From the NCBI GenBank assembly GCA_965116875.1, contig OZ220733.1, positions 2,368,001 to 2,432,000 of the forward strand: a stretch of DNA of 64,000 nucleotides, in the 5' to 3' direction. Positions 38,602 to 48,754 of the stretch are shown piece after piece. Every line of letters starts with the position of its first letter. Positions within the stretch are counted from its first letter, which is position 1. Below the pieces are notes generated by a model, which did no database searches, was not told the origin of the DNA, and was given only the letters and a program-made list of their open reading frames with translations. The stretch comes from Candidatus Latescibacterota bacterium (GTDB taxonomy: Bacteria; Latescibacterota; UBA2968; GCA-2709665). The position numbers were made by a program, and so were the translations under genes.

Positions 38602-38934
38602 ATGAAACTCCCCCCTGTAAGATACTTCGAGGATCCGGACAACCATTCAAAAATAAAGAAACAATTCAAAAGACTCCCTTCACAAATACAAGAAGAAGTG
38701 GACAAGCTTTATGTTGAGATTGAAAAAGGACATTTGCCGAGAGGAAGAAGGCTGAAGAGGATCGATTTTTTTTATCAGGTTCGATTGAATAGGAATTTCA
38801 GGATGGCATTCTCGATAGTCAATGGGACGTTTAGACCCCTCCACATTGGTCCACATAGTTCTATGGACAAGTATATCAGACTGATATTGAAGCTTGGCCG
38901 AAAAACGAAAAAGGCAATGGTGGACAAGAAATAA
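38602..38934 (+). CDS. RelE/HigB-like toxin candidate
   Basis: Basic 110 aa; KKQFKRLPSQIQ, YQVRLNRNFRMAF, LHIGPH. Confidence 0.65.
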   Translation: MKLPPVRYFEDPDNHSKIKKQFKRLPSQIQEEVDKLYVEIEKGHLPRGRRLKRIDFFYQVRLNRNFRMAFSIVNGTFRPLHIGPHSSMDKYIRLILKLGRKTKKAMVDKK

Positions 38935-38985
38935 AAAGCTTGACATTGATTGATTTTCCGCGGTGACACGCCGTCGTTGAATGAA

Positions 38986-39030
38986 CCCCACGATCCTTTG
39001 TGCAAAGGAGTTGTGGGGCTGTTTTTTTTT
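38986..39030 (+). terminator. Rho-independent terminator
   Basis: CCCCACGATCCTTTG-TG-CAAAGGAGTTGTGGGG followed by a 9-T run. Confidence 0.7.
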
Positions 39031-39286
39031 GAAATGAGGCTGTGTAAATAGTCAAAGCCGAGCGCGATTCCATACCATATATTGATTCAAAACAAATAAA
39101 ACCCCTATATATAGTATCCGATAGAGTGATAAATGGAGTTTTTGCACACTTTGGAAATGCAACAACGAGTACGAGCAAACTGACGTCGTTTCGATTGCCT
39201 ACCCAGACGTTGGGAAGGATTTCCAAACACGTGCAACGACGCTGCAAATTGGCTGAAATTTGGGAAGATATCGAAGAGTCAAACCA

Positions 39287-40141
39287 TCATCGAGCAAATT
39301 GGGATTCGATAGCGTTGACGAGACCCGGTACGTGCGGATCGAAGCCGTGATTCAGGGCAAAGAAGAGGACGAAGAAGAGCTTTCGATTCGAATGGTAATC
39401 CACCCTCGTCCAGAAATCGTCACCCAGCGGCAACCGGTAGGCCTCGGCCATATCCTCGGCGAACGGCTTCCCGAACCTGCGGTAAAAGGTAGCGAAATCT
39501 GTCGCCGGATCGTTCAGGCTGATGTCGCCGAAATCGATCACACCGGCCAGTTTCAATCCCGCCGCGTCGATCAGGACGTTGCCAGTCCCGAAATCCGAAT
39601 GGGTAACGGCATCCCGATACGGTGCGGACGTGATTCCCGATAGCGCCCGATGAAAATAGCCTTCGGCAATCTGCCGGGTAGAGGGAAGTAGACGCGGCGC
39701 GGCGGCCGGCCACAACTCCTCCCAGAAATCGCCGCCGCCGAACGGGGTGGGCTTGAGATGCCGCTGCTCGAACGAAACGGAGTGGAGACACGACAGGAAG
39801 TCGCCCAGGGCCGCCGCCAGTTTCGTTCGCGCGTTCCTGCCGAGACGCTTGAATATCGCCTCGGAAAACTTGACACCTTCGATCTTTTCGTAGGCGATAT
39901 AGTTGTCGCCCGAGTACCGAATCTCGGGGATCGGTAAGGGTGAATGTTCCTTGAACATCGGCAGGAATGCCTGCTCGACAGAAAGCTGCATATTCGAAGG
40001 GTCCCGGACGAAACGAAAGATCCACTTTCCGTTAACCTCCAGTACGATGTGCGTCCAGCCCTCATCCACGCGAACGATAGATTCGACTGGATCCTCAAAA
40101 ACGTCCCGGACGATTGATTCACAGGCATCCATTCGGTCCAT
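39287..40141 (-). CDS. Aminoglycoside phosphotransferase (APH)-family kinase
   Basis: EGW, WIFRF, HSDFGTGNVL, GVIDFGD, DPATDF. Confidence 0.85.
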   Translation of the reverse strand: MDRMDACESIVRDVFEDPVESIVRVDEGWTHIVLEVNGKWIFRFVRDPSNMQLSVEQAFLPMFKEHSPLPIPEIRYSGDNYIAYEKIEGVKFSEAIFKRLGRNARTKLAAALGDFLSCLHSVSFEQRHLKPTPFGGGDFWEELWPAAAPRLLPSTRQIAEGYFHRALSGITSAPYRDAVTHSDFGTGNVLIDAAGLKLAGVIDFGDISLNDPATDFATFYRRFGKPFAEDMAEAYRLPLGDDFWTRVDYHSNRKLFFVLFFALNHGFDPHVPGLVNAIESQFAR

Positions 40142-40186
40142 CACCAGGGTTTTCGTCGACCCGTCTCGACCCGGATAGTCTTCGGC

Positions 40187-40211
40187 GTAGGGGCGCCCCT
40201 TGTGGGCGCCC
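40187..40211 (+). repeat. GTAG-type REP element
   Basis: GTAGGGGCGCCCCTTGTGGGCGCCC. Confidence 0.7.
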
Positions 40212-40241
40212 GCCTTTTCAGCGAGGCGATTGCCTGCGATT

Positions 40242-40907
40242 TCAATCCCTTCCTTCTCGCTTCCAAAGTTCCAACGCATGCCGAAAGCCGATTTCGGGGC
40301 TGCTGAGGATCGGAATAGAGACTTCCGGGCACAGATTTGCGGCTCCCGCCATAGAGGCCTGGGCCAGTACGATGACGTCGCCTTCGGACGCACGCTCCTT
40401 CAATTTTCGGGCGATTTCACTGAAATAACCTTCGTTGTCACCCTCCTCGAGCCTGCTCCAGGCATTGTCACAGAGAACCTCGATCAAATCAATGCGCTTT
40501 TTGCGCGCACTCGCGACTTCGAGAATCAGGTTTCGCGTTGGAGCAAGGGTACTCTCGAGAGCCGCGGCAACGATGATTCGAGACCCGGTTTCGACGGCTT
40601 TCTCGGCCATCGGGCGGTCGACTCGAACAACGATGCCGTCCGCTGTGTCATTTGCACCCTCCGCACTCGCTCCAATTGTCGAACACGTGCAGAGCACCAC
40701 ACGCGCGCCTTCTTCGATCGCGGCGCCGATGCGGCCCTGAATACGTCCATCCAGGTCCTGGCTGATTCCCTTTTCGCGAGCCTCCGTCAAAAATCCTTCT
40801 TCAACAATATGTCTGACGGGCAATTCCGGATCGGCTTCCCCTACAAGGCGATCAAATGTATCGATCAGCACGGGTGTCGTGTGAAGAAACGCCAGGTGTG
40901 ATTTCAT
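40242..40907 (-). CDS. Asp/Glu/hydantoin racemase-like protein
   Basis: AFLHT, VLCTCSTIG, RVDRPMA, IVLAQASMA, PILSSP. Confidence 0.7.
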   Translation of the reverse strand: MKSHLAFLHTTPVLIDTFDRLVGEADPELPVRHIVEEGFLTEAREKGISQDLDGRIQGRIGAAIEEGARVVLCTCSTIGASAEGANDTADGIVVRVDRPMAEKAVETGSRIIVAAALESTLAPTRNLILEVASARKKRIDLIEVLCDNAWSRLEEGDNEGYFSEIARKLKERASEGDVIVLAQASMAGAANLCPEVSIPILSSPEIGFRHALELWKREGRD

Positions 40908-40957
40908 ACGATGAATTCCTTTCGTTGATAGGAAACGTCGTAATGCGGAGGAACCCA

Positions 40958-40982
40958 GGGCAACCACAAGGGTTGGCCCTAC
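40958..40982 (-). repeat. GTAG-type REP element (inverted relative to 40187)
   Basis: Reverse complement GTAGGGCCAACCCTTGTGGTTGCCC. Confidence 0.7.
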
Positions 40983-41031
40983 ACGGAATGAGGTACCCGC
41001 AGATGGAAAGTGGACGTTCCGGTCTCTTTTT

Positions 41032-41826
41032 TCACGGCGCCAATGCGGCGATCGTCAGCCAGGCCGGCAGACCGGCACGTGGATTCGTCCGCCAGTCCAG
41101 CAATGAATCGTCGGCATCGGCCTCCCCATTGCCTCCCCGCCAGTATCCGGAATCCCCGGCCGGACTTTCGATGACTTTCTTCAACACCAATCCGGCTTGC
41201 GCCAGGGGATTGAGCAGGTCGGCGAGGGTCCAGTGATGCTCATACGAGTCCTCTACGGAGCCGTGGAAAGGACCGGTGTTCCAGTAAGGTTTCGTCATTT
41301 CTATGGGCGCGACCTGTTCTTTCCACGGGCGCGTGAAGGGATGAACGTCGTAGAAGACGTATGCGCCTCCCGGCTTCAGAATGCGCGCGACCTCCGAAAA
41401 TACGCCATAGAGATCGGCGATCCACACGAAAAAGCCGTTCGTCGAACACATCAGATCGAAACTCGAATTGGACAATGAATCGAGGCTGGCGGCATCCGAA
41501 CGCACGAAATCGATCGACAGACCCAGCGCGTCCGCCCGGTCCGACGCCAGTCTCAATCGTTCCTCGGAGATGTCCGTTGAAGTAACTCTGGCGCCCAGAC
41601 CCGCCAATGCGCAGGCGGCCAGGTTGTCGCCGCTGCCAATCACACAGACATGCTTTCCGTCAAGCGTTCCCATCATTTCACGGATGGTCTCAAGCGCCCT
41701 GCCTTCGAATGCCAACCCGGGTTCCCGGTGACATCTGCGCCAGAGGCCGTCGCGATTCAGTCGTTCCTCCCAATCCCCGGCCATGTCGTCCCATCGCCGG
41801 CGGTTGGCTTCGTGTATCTCGTTCAT
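41032..41826 (-). CDS. Class I SAM-dependent methyltransferase
   Basis: HEANRRRWD, VTSTDISEERL, FDL, ARILKPGG, DVHP. Confidence 0.8.
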   Translation of the reverse strand: MNEIHEANRRRWDDMAGDWEERLNRDGLWRRCHREPGLAFEGRALETIREMMGTLDGKHVCVIGSGDNLAACALAGLGARVTSTDISEERLRLASDRADALGLSIDFVRSDAASLDSLSNSSFDLMCSTNGFFVWIADLYGVFSEVARILKPGGAYVFYDVHPFTRPWKEQVAPIEMTKPYWNTGPFHGSVEDSYEHHWTLADLLNPLAQAGLVLKKVIESPAGDSGYWRGGNGEADADDSLLDWRTNPRAGLPAWLTIAALAP

Positions 41827-41917
41827 GGATTTGATCCCGCGAAAACCCCTTCTGAGAGTCGTCCCAAATCGTACAAAAAGCAGAATGCCGTGAAACAGGA
41901 GATCGGATGGTCTCCAA

Positions 41918-42526
41918 TCAGGACCTGGACAGAATCCGCTTCAGCGACTCAGGGTACCGTTGTCGCAATTCCAGAAGCCTGGCGGCCGTTCCCACAGGCT
42001 TTACGCGGGCGGAACGCGGGACTCGCACCCGTTCCTCGATGATTCCTCCCTGCGCTTCCAGGTTTTGGACGGTGAACGATTCCGTGGCGAATTCGTAGAA
42101 TAGACTGGGCCTCAACGTCGCAATGGCCGCAAGATCGCCCGGCTCCGCCCGCCCGATCGCATGGCCCGCGTATACCGCGACCACGTCGCCCGGGACAAAA
42201 CCCGGGTCGTTTCCTTCCCAAAGGAACTGCACGCCATCCGGTACGCGACCCGGCGGAAGCGACGATACCGTTCCTGCCGGGTCCATCGAAAAGGGTTTCG
42301 CAGAACTGTCGAACGCGACTCTGCAGCCGATTTCTTCCATCGCCTCCCTCTGCAGGGCGTCCTCCAGGGACTCGCCTTCCTCAACCGTGCCGCCGATGCA
42401 GCTCATGCCGATCTCGACCACCTCATCTCGCCCGCGCTTCCATTTTTCCTTTCTCTGGAGTTCGAAGAGAAATCCATTCTCCTCTCTCAGAATGATCGCA
42501 GCGCCTATGATCACATAGTCTGACAT
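41918..42526 (-). CDS. NUDIX hydrolase
   Basis: GGTVEEGESLEDALQREAMEEIG Nudix box. Confidence 0.75.
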   Translation of the reverse strand: MSDYVIIGAAIILREENGFLFELQRKEKWKRGRDEVVEIGMSCIGGTVEEGESLEDALQREAMEEIGCRVAFDSSAKPFSMDPAGTVSSLPPGRVPDGVQFLWEGNDPGFVPGDVVAVYAGHAIGRAEPGDLAAIATLRPSLFYEFATESFTVQNLEAQGGIIEERVRVPRSARVKPVGTAARLLELRQRYPESLKRILSRS

Positions 42527-42586
42527 CTCATCATCGACCGTTGGAGTTGGTTGCGTTGACCCGATGCATGGCGATGGGTGTTCCGT

Positions 42587-43024
42587 TCACAACTTTCCCT
42601 CTTTGATCAGTCCGATGGCAGAGGGGCCTCCCTGCACTTTGTAATGCGTATTTGTCCTGTCAGAGAAGTAGTCCGCAACGCGTTCCACCTGTTTCGGCAC
42701 GGTGTTCCCGGGGATACGATCCAATGAAAAGTACTCGATCCGGTCCGCCTCGTCCGTGAGCCGGACTGCGCCTCCGGTGACCCGGCAGAAGAACGACAAG
42801 ACAATCTCATTGCTGTCCGGTTTGCTGTAAACGCCGCTGAGACGGACGGGCGCTGTTTCCAATCCCGTTTCCTCCCGAATTTCCCGAACGAGGGCATCCC
42901 AGGGATTTTCTCCAGTCTCGACGCCGCCGCCAGGCAGGTTCCACAGATCGTAATCGCGGCGGTGACACAACAGAACGCGGTCTTCTTCATCGGTGATGAT
43001 GCCAAAGACGCCGATCCGGAACAC
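42587..43024 (-). CDS. NUDIX hydrolase
   Basis: WNLPGGGVETGENPWDALVREIREETG. Confidence 0.88.
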   Translation of the reverse strand: MFRIGVFGIITDEEDRVLLCHRRDYDLWNLPGGGVETGENPWDALVREIREETGLETAPVRLSGVYSKPDSNEIVLSFFCRVTGGAVRLTDEADRIEYFSLDRIPGNTVPKQVERVADYFSDRTNTHYKVQGGPSAIGLIKEGKL

Positions 43025-43026
43025 GA

Positions 43027-43596
43027 TCAGGTTCCCTCCCTTAAAACTCGCACATACTCCAACTCGGCTTCGGAGATACCGAGACTGTCAAGTTCACCCA
43101 TCGAAACAAATGCAGACGAATCTTCGTAGTCATCATCGCGCACTGAATCCGGATCATATTCTACAGCACCGGCAGTATAGACGACTTGAAAAAAGTGAGG
43201 GTGGGGAAACCGGTACCCGCTCGGTACCGGCCCGAGATGTTCCAGGTGGATGAATCCAAGGCGCGAGACCGCGTCAATCGTCCAGCCCGTCTCCTCCACG
43301 ACTTCGCGACGAAGCGTCTGCTCGAAGGTTTCTCCCGCTTCTAGGCGGCCGCCCGGCAGGATGTGACACCCCTCGCGATTGCGGAGTACGAGGACGGAAT
43401 CGTCCTTGAGTACGAGACATCGAACAGAGGTTACAAGCCGTTCCGGCGGCTGTTCGTTGGAAACGAAATAGCGCACGCGCAGAGGGAGCGTGCCCTCTGC
43501 CCATCGGGTTTCCGTTTCGCAAAAAGGCGTCTTGCCGGCCAGAAATGCACGTATTTCGTTGTCAGGATTCAATCCGCAAACCGTTGGAATTCGCAC
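43027..43596 (-). CDS. NUDIX hydrolase (start uncertain)
   Basis: LPGGRLEAGETFEQTLRREVVEETG. Confidence 0.82.
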   Translation of the reverse strand: MRIPTVCGLNPDNEIRAFLAGKTPFCETETRWAEGTLPLRVRYFVSNEQPPERLVTSVRCLVLKDDSVLVLRNREGCHILPGGRLEAGETFEQTLRREVVEETGWTIDAVSRLGFIHLEHLGPVPSGYRFPHPHFFQVVYTAGAVEYDPDSVRDDDYEDSSAFVSMGELDSLGISEAELEYVRVLREGT

Positions 43597-43629
43597 GTGG
43601 CATAGGATTACTATCAGTATTCTTGTCAG

Positions 43630-46029
43630 TTATTCATATCGCAGGGAATCCACTGGATTGGCAGTTGCAGCCATAAGTGCCTGATGGCCAACTGGTATGA
43701 GAGCAGCCAGTAGTGCCAGGAAGCCACTGATGATGAAAACTCCAACAGATGGCGAAATATAGTATGCGAAATTCTTCAGCCAAAGTTCTGCACCAAAGTA
43801 TGCAATCGGCCAAGCGAATAAATTCGCAAACATGACCAACTTGACATACTCCTTTGAGAGTAGGAAAACAACGCTCCATAAAGAGGCACCCAAGACTTTG
43901 CGAATGCCTATTTCTCTTACGCGTTTCTTAGTGGCCAGAGCCGCTAGACCAAAGATTCCAATACAAGCAATAAAGGTGGAAAATATAGAACCATATAGAC
44001 TGATTAATTGCCATCTTTCATCCGCTTGGTATTGAACGTCTATGTCCTCATCAAGAAAGGAGAACTGAAAGGGCAGATCGGGATTCACTTCCTTCCAAAT
44101 CTGCTCCAACCGATTTACAGTATTTTTGATGCCGAAGGGACTTACTCGAACATAATATCGCCGGAGGATCTCGGGGTGCACTAATTTAAGCACAACCGGC
44201 TCAATCTGATAATGCAGAGATCGAAAGTGGAAGTCGTGAACAACACCCACAACCTTTCTATTCCTGAACTCTGGAATCGTCTTACCAATTGGTGAATCCC
44301 ATTCTAATTTCCTTACCAACGACTCATTTACAATTATACTTCCCTCGGAATCTGCGGCGGAGTTCTGAATGAAGTCTCTTCCAGCAACTAATCTGAGCCC
44401 AAGGGTCTTGATGAAGTTGGAGTCGATATTGAAGAATTGGACATCGGTTGTCAAACGCTTGTTTCTAACCGTAGTAGTCGCAGTATTTACACCGAAGTGT
44501 CTCCAAGAGGCAGTGATGCTTAGAACGTCGGGGTCATTGGACAACTCAGACCTAAAGATCTCCAAAACGCTCGATCTATGTTCCTTCCCTACTTCGGAAG
44601 CATCAATAGTGACGACTTGCTTATCCTGGAATCCTCGATCTTTCCCTTTGACGAAATGTATCTGTTCAACGATAACAAGAGCGAAGATGATCAGAAAAGT
44701 CGAGGCCGTAATTTGACCGATTAGAAGAGACTTACTAAAGATATCCTTGCTTCCAATTCCCACATTTCCAATGAATAGGTTGACTGGATCATAGCGGGAC
44801 AATACGATTGAAGGATAGATCCCAGCAGTTGCTCCAGCGGTGACACCTAGCGCAACCAGTGAGAGAATCTCATTGCTTCCGTAACTCAAATCTAATTTCT
44901 CGTTTACGGCATCATTAAAGATTGGTAAAGCCAGTTCGGCGAATGCGATTCCAACCAATAACCCAACAAAACTCAAAAACAACGCTTCTCCCCAAACCTG
45001 TTTCAAAAGTTGTGCTCTATTGGCGCCTACAACCTTGCGTACGCCGAATTCCCTGACGCGATTTGAGGCTAGAGCAATGGAGATATTGGCAAAGTTGAAG
45101 CATGCAACAAAAAGCACAGTGACAGCAATTCCAAGTGTGACAATCGAAAAAAACCTGTCTCCCGTAGGTGACAATCCACCTCTGATTTCCGAATCGAAAT
45201 GAACATCTGAGAAAGCTTGTAGACCTATTCGCAGAGGATCCTCGCTCAGGGCCATTGCACCGAATTCTTGGTAAATTTGAATTGATGGCCAATAGTGCTC
45301 TCGCACAAATCCCGGAAATTTTCGGGTAAGCTCTGACGTGTTAGCCTTTTCCCGTAATAGAGCAAAGGCTATGACTCTGGAACTACCCCATAAGTCTGCC
45401 CATCTCTCGTAATTCGGCATCCTTTCAATTGGCAAGAGCAAGTCGAACTTTATGCTGGAATTCACTGGTGTCTCTGCTGCAACTCCTTCCACGACAAAGT
45501 CGACATACTTCTCGTCAATTCTCACTGAGATCCGCTTGCCGATGGGGTCATGTTGTCCGAAATACTGACCGGCTGTCGTTTGACTCACTACGATTGATGC
45601 TCGATTTCTAAGTGCAGTCTGGATGTCACCTCTCAGTAGAGGGAATGAAAAGACTTCAAGGATTTCAGGATCGACGAAGAGTAGGTTTTCTACAGAGATC
45701 TTTTCTCTATACTTAACGGTGCCTTTTACCTCTCGAAATCTCACAACTTTCTCGATGTCGGGAAAGTCCCTTGCCAGAGCAATAGCCAATGGCGCGGGAG
45801 TAAATGCGGTTTTTTTTTCTACATTGTTCGGAGTCTTGTAGGATTGGTAGATTCGGTAAATCCTACCTGCATTCTTGTGAAATATGTCGTACGTCCACTC
45901 ATTGTAAATGTGGAGAGAGGTCAATATACAAAATGCGATACCGATGGACAGGCTCAGGACGTTAATGAAGGCATAGACTTTCTGCCTCACGAGATGACGC
46001 ACTGCGACCACCAGATTATTCTTGAACAT
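43630..46029 (-). CDS. MacB/FtsX-type ABC transporter permease
   Basis: INVLSLSIGIA, ACFNFAN, REFGVRKVVGA, REIGIRKVLGA, ANPVDSLRYE. Confidence 0.9.
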   Translation of the reverse strand: MFKNNLVVAVRHLVRQKVYAFINVLSLSIGIAFCILTSLHIYNEWTYDIFHKNAGRIYRIYQSYKTPNNVEKKTAFTPAPLAIALARDFPDIEKVVRFREVKGTVKYREKISVENLLFVDPEILEVFSFPLLRGDIQTALRNRASIVVSQTTAGQYFGQHDPIGKRISVRIDEKYVDFVVEGVAAETPVNSSIKFDLLLPIERMPNYERWADLWGSSRVIAFALLREKANTSELTRKFPGFVREHYWPSIQIYQEFGAMALSEDPLRIGLQAFSDVHFDSEIRGGLSPTGDRFFSIVTLGIAVTVLFVACFNFANISIALASNRVREFGVRKVVGANRAQLLKQVWGEALFLSFVGLLVGIAFAELALPIFNDAVNEKLDLSYGSNEILSLVALGVTAGATAGIYPSIVLSRYDPVNLFIGNVGIGSKDIFSKSLLIGQITASTFLIIFALVIVEQIHFVKGKDRGFQDKQVVTIDASEVGKEHRSSVLEIFRSELSNDPDVLSITASWRHFGVNTATTTVRNKRLTTDVQFFNIDSNFIKTLGLRLVAGRDFIQNSAADSEGSIIVNESLVRKLEWDSPIGKTIPEFRNRKVVGVVHDFHFRSLHYQIEPVVLKLVHPEILRRYYVRVSPFGIKNTVNRLEQIWKEVNPDLPFQFSFLDEDIDVQYQADERWQLISLYGSIFSTFIACIGIFGLAALATKKRVREIGIRKVLGASLWSVVFLLSKEYVKLVMFANLFAWPIAYFGAELWLKNFAYYISPSVGVFIISGFLALLAALIPVGHQALMAATANPVDSLRYE

Positions 46030-46324
46030 AAAAAGGTCTCCAGCAAAGCATCCGCATTTGTTGGTGCATTCACATTAGATGATGCTGGAGAAACAAGAAA
46101 GTATCCGGCAGTTGTCCCTTTGGGTCGAATTTGGCTTGTCGGGGTAGTCGGCTAAGTCCCTCCTGGATATCGAGACTCAATTGTCGAGGAATTAGGGGTT
46201 ACAGTTTAGTCCAACGCCTTAGATTTGCCCTACGAAGACGTCTCAAGATCGATCAAGACATTCGAGATGCTTTCGCCGGTTACCAAACGCATGCTCTTCT
46301 TCAACTAAGAACGAAACTCTCCCG

Positions 46325-48754
46325 CTATTCATAACGCAAGGCATCAATTGGATTGGAACGCGCCGCACGAATGGCCTGAATGCTCACGGTACCAAAGGCA
46401 ATTATCAGGGCCAGTATCGCACTAACAACAAATGGCGCTACACTTAAGGCTGTCTGATAAGCAAATCCGGCGAGCCAGTCGTGCATCAGATAATAGGAGA
46501 TTGGCCAAGCGATTCCGTTTGAAAGTAGAGTGAGCAACAGAAATTCGCGCGAAATTAGCATCACCAGATGTGATGTGGATGCACCCAGCACCTTCCGCAC
46601 GCCGATTTCTTTAATGCGAGATTGAACCATGATAGCAGCCAGACCAAACAGACCCAAGCATGCTACAAAGATTGCCAGCAATGAAAACACCCCAAGCATT
46701 CTACCGGTGCGTCTCTCGTTGGTATAGATCCATTCCATGAATTCGTCCATGAATTGATATTCAAATGGCTCCTCTGGGACAAAGCGTTTCCACTGCGTTT
46801 CGAAAAAAGACAGGGTCTGCGCGGTTTCTTCTGGTCGGATGCGTAGGACCAGTGAATAAAAAAACTCCCATCGGGCGACAAATCCCATTGGGGCTATTTC
46901 TTCTCGCAACGACAAACTGTGGTAGTCTTTTACAACGCCGATCACCGTGAGAGTTCGGTTTACAAATGCCGGTGACTCGATCTGTTTACCAATCGGTTCA
47001 TCCTCCCAGCCGAGCAGGCGCACGGCTGTTTCATTCAAAATAATAGCATCAGATGTATCGCTAGCCACAGCGGCTGAAAAGGCGCGACCTCGAAGCACGG
47101 GAATCTCAAATGTCTCGAAATACGAGTCATCAACCTCGTTTATGCGAATCGTGTGTTCTTTCGTACGGTCTCCACCGGGCCAAATCAAGCGCGGTCGCCC
47201 CCCGTATCCTTGAATGCGGTAGCGCAGTGCCGACGCACTAAGCACATTGGGGTGTTCGAGAAATACCTGTTTCAGTACCTGGTGTCGTGCCGAAAGACGT
47301 TTTTTCGTGTTGGGCTCTTGGAGAAAGTCAGGTACAAAAATGGGTAAACTCACAATGTGATCGCGTGTAAACCCCATGTCTTTGGTGTCTATAAATCGTA
47401 ATTGCTGATAAACCACGAGTGTGCAGATCACCAATAATACGGACATGCCAAACTGAAAAACAACGAGTCCTTTCTTCAGCCAGGCAGAACCCGAGGAAGA
47501 ATACGCGCTGTCTTTTAACGCTGTCACGGGGCGAAAGGAAGAAAGAAAAAAAGCTGGGTACCACCCTGCCATGACTGCGAGCGACAGCGTTAGTGCCATA
47601 ACCGCTGGCGCATATCTAGCAATTGTAACCGCGTCAAGATGTAAATCGCCACGCACAAATTCGTTGAATAAGGGCAGTAACAAATCGACCAATACCATGG
47701 CAATTAGCAGGGCAGCGCAAGTCAAGAGGATAGATTCACACAGAAACTGAACCATCAATTGCAGGCGATGTGCCCCAACCACCTTTCTCACGCCTACTTC
47801 AAGCCTGCGTGTGACAGCCAGTGCAGTCGCCAGATTTGTAAAATTCACACATGCAATAGCCACCACAATCAGTCCGATAGTCGCCAGTAGGTAAATATGT
47901 TGGATGAGGCTGTCGGCCGTTGGGACAAAATCGGATTCACCGTACAAGTACACGCGGTGTAGTGGCTGTAGATGATAGGCGTTTTTTGCCGCAACTTCAT
48001 CCCCCATATACTGCTTAATCAACGACTGAATGTTCGCTTGTAGTGTTAGTACATTTCCTCCTGCTTTCAATAGCACGAATGTCTTTACTGGCCGCCATGA
48101 TTGCGTGGGTCGCCACATTGTCCACGCCTCTTGTGTTGCTCCTACGGGGGGTATCGTAGTTGTGAGCATGTGGAAATGAAGGTCTGATGAACGATGTGGT
48201 TCCTTTACGATTCCGGTCACTGTGTAATCGCCGGGGAAACTGACGTTATCGATCGAAAATGCCCGACCCATGGGCTCTTCATCACCGAACAAGCGTTGTG
48301 CCATGTCGTCGGTCATTACCACGGAGTAGGGCGTGCGAAATGCGATCTCTGGATCCCCTTTTATAAGAGGAAAATCAAACACATCCAAAAAGCTGTCGTC
48401 AACCAGCCCGAGCTGGTACTGACCCTTGCGCTCGCCGTATCGTGCGGACACTGGCCATTGCCAAATACGTACGGTTGTTTCTACATTGGGAAATGTCTCT
48501 TCCAATGTAGGACCCAGTGCGCCTGAAGTTCCGCTGCCAAAAGTTGTATGAGTCGTGCTACGTTCTTCTCGAATCACCTTGTAGATTCGGTCGCCCAAGG
48601 TGTGAAATTGATCTACCGAAAATTCCTGACCAATGTACAACAGGATCAAAATGCCACACGCTAACCCAATTGCGAGTCCCAACACATTGATTGAGGTGTA
48701 CATCCTGTGCCGCAGCAGATTGCGGATCGCAGTAGTCAGGAAGCTTTTAACCAT
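46325..48754 (-). CDS. MacB/FtsX-type ABC transporter permease
   Basis: INVLGLAIGLA, ACVNFTNL, EVGVRKVVGA, KEIGVRKVLGA, SNPIDALRYE. Confidence 0.9.
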   Translation of the reverse strand: MVKSFLTTAIRNLLRHRMYTSINVLGLAIGLACGILILLYIGQEFSVDQFHTLGDRIYKVIREERSTTHTTFGSGTSGALGPTLEETFPNVETTVRIWQWPVSARYGERKGQYQLGLVDDSFLDVFDFPLIKGDPEIAFRTPYSVVMTDDMAQRLFGDEEPMGRAFSIDNVSFPGDYTVTGIVKEPHRSSDLHFHMLTTTIPPVGATQEAWTMWRPTQSWRPVKTFVLLKAGGNVLTLQANIQSLIKQYMGDEVAAKNAYHLQPLHRVYLYGESDFVPTADSLIQHIYLLATIGLIVVAIACVNFTNLATALAVTRRLEVGVRKVVGAHRLQLMVQFLCESILLTCAALLIAMVLVDLLLPLFNEFVRGDLHLDAVTIARYAPAVMALTLSLAVMAGWYPAFFLSSFRPVTALKDSAYSSSGSAWLKKGLVVFQFGMSVLLVICTLVVYQQLRFIDTKDMGFTRDHIVSLPIFVPDFLQEPNTKKRLSARHQVLKQVFLEHPNVLSASALRYRIQGYGGRPRLIWPGGDRTKEHTIRINEVDDSYFETFEIPVLRGRAFSAAVASDTSDAIILNETAVRLLGWEDEPIGKQIESPAFVNRTLTVIGVVKDYHSLSLREEIAPMGFVARWEFFYSLVLRIRPEETAQTLSFFETQWKRFVPEEPFEYQFMDEFMEWIYTNERRTGRMLGVFSLLAIFVACLGLFGLAAIMVQSRIKEIGVRKVLGASTSHLVMLISREFLLLTLLSNGIAWPISYYLMHDWLAGFAYQTALSVAPFVVSAILALIIAFGTVSIQAIRAARSNPIDALRYE

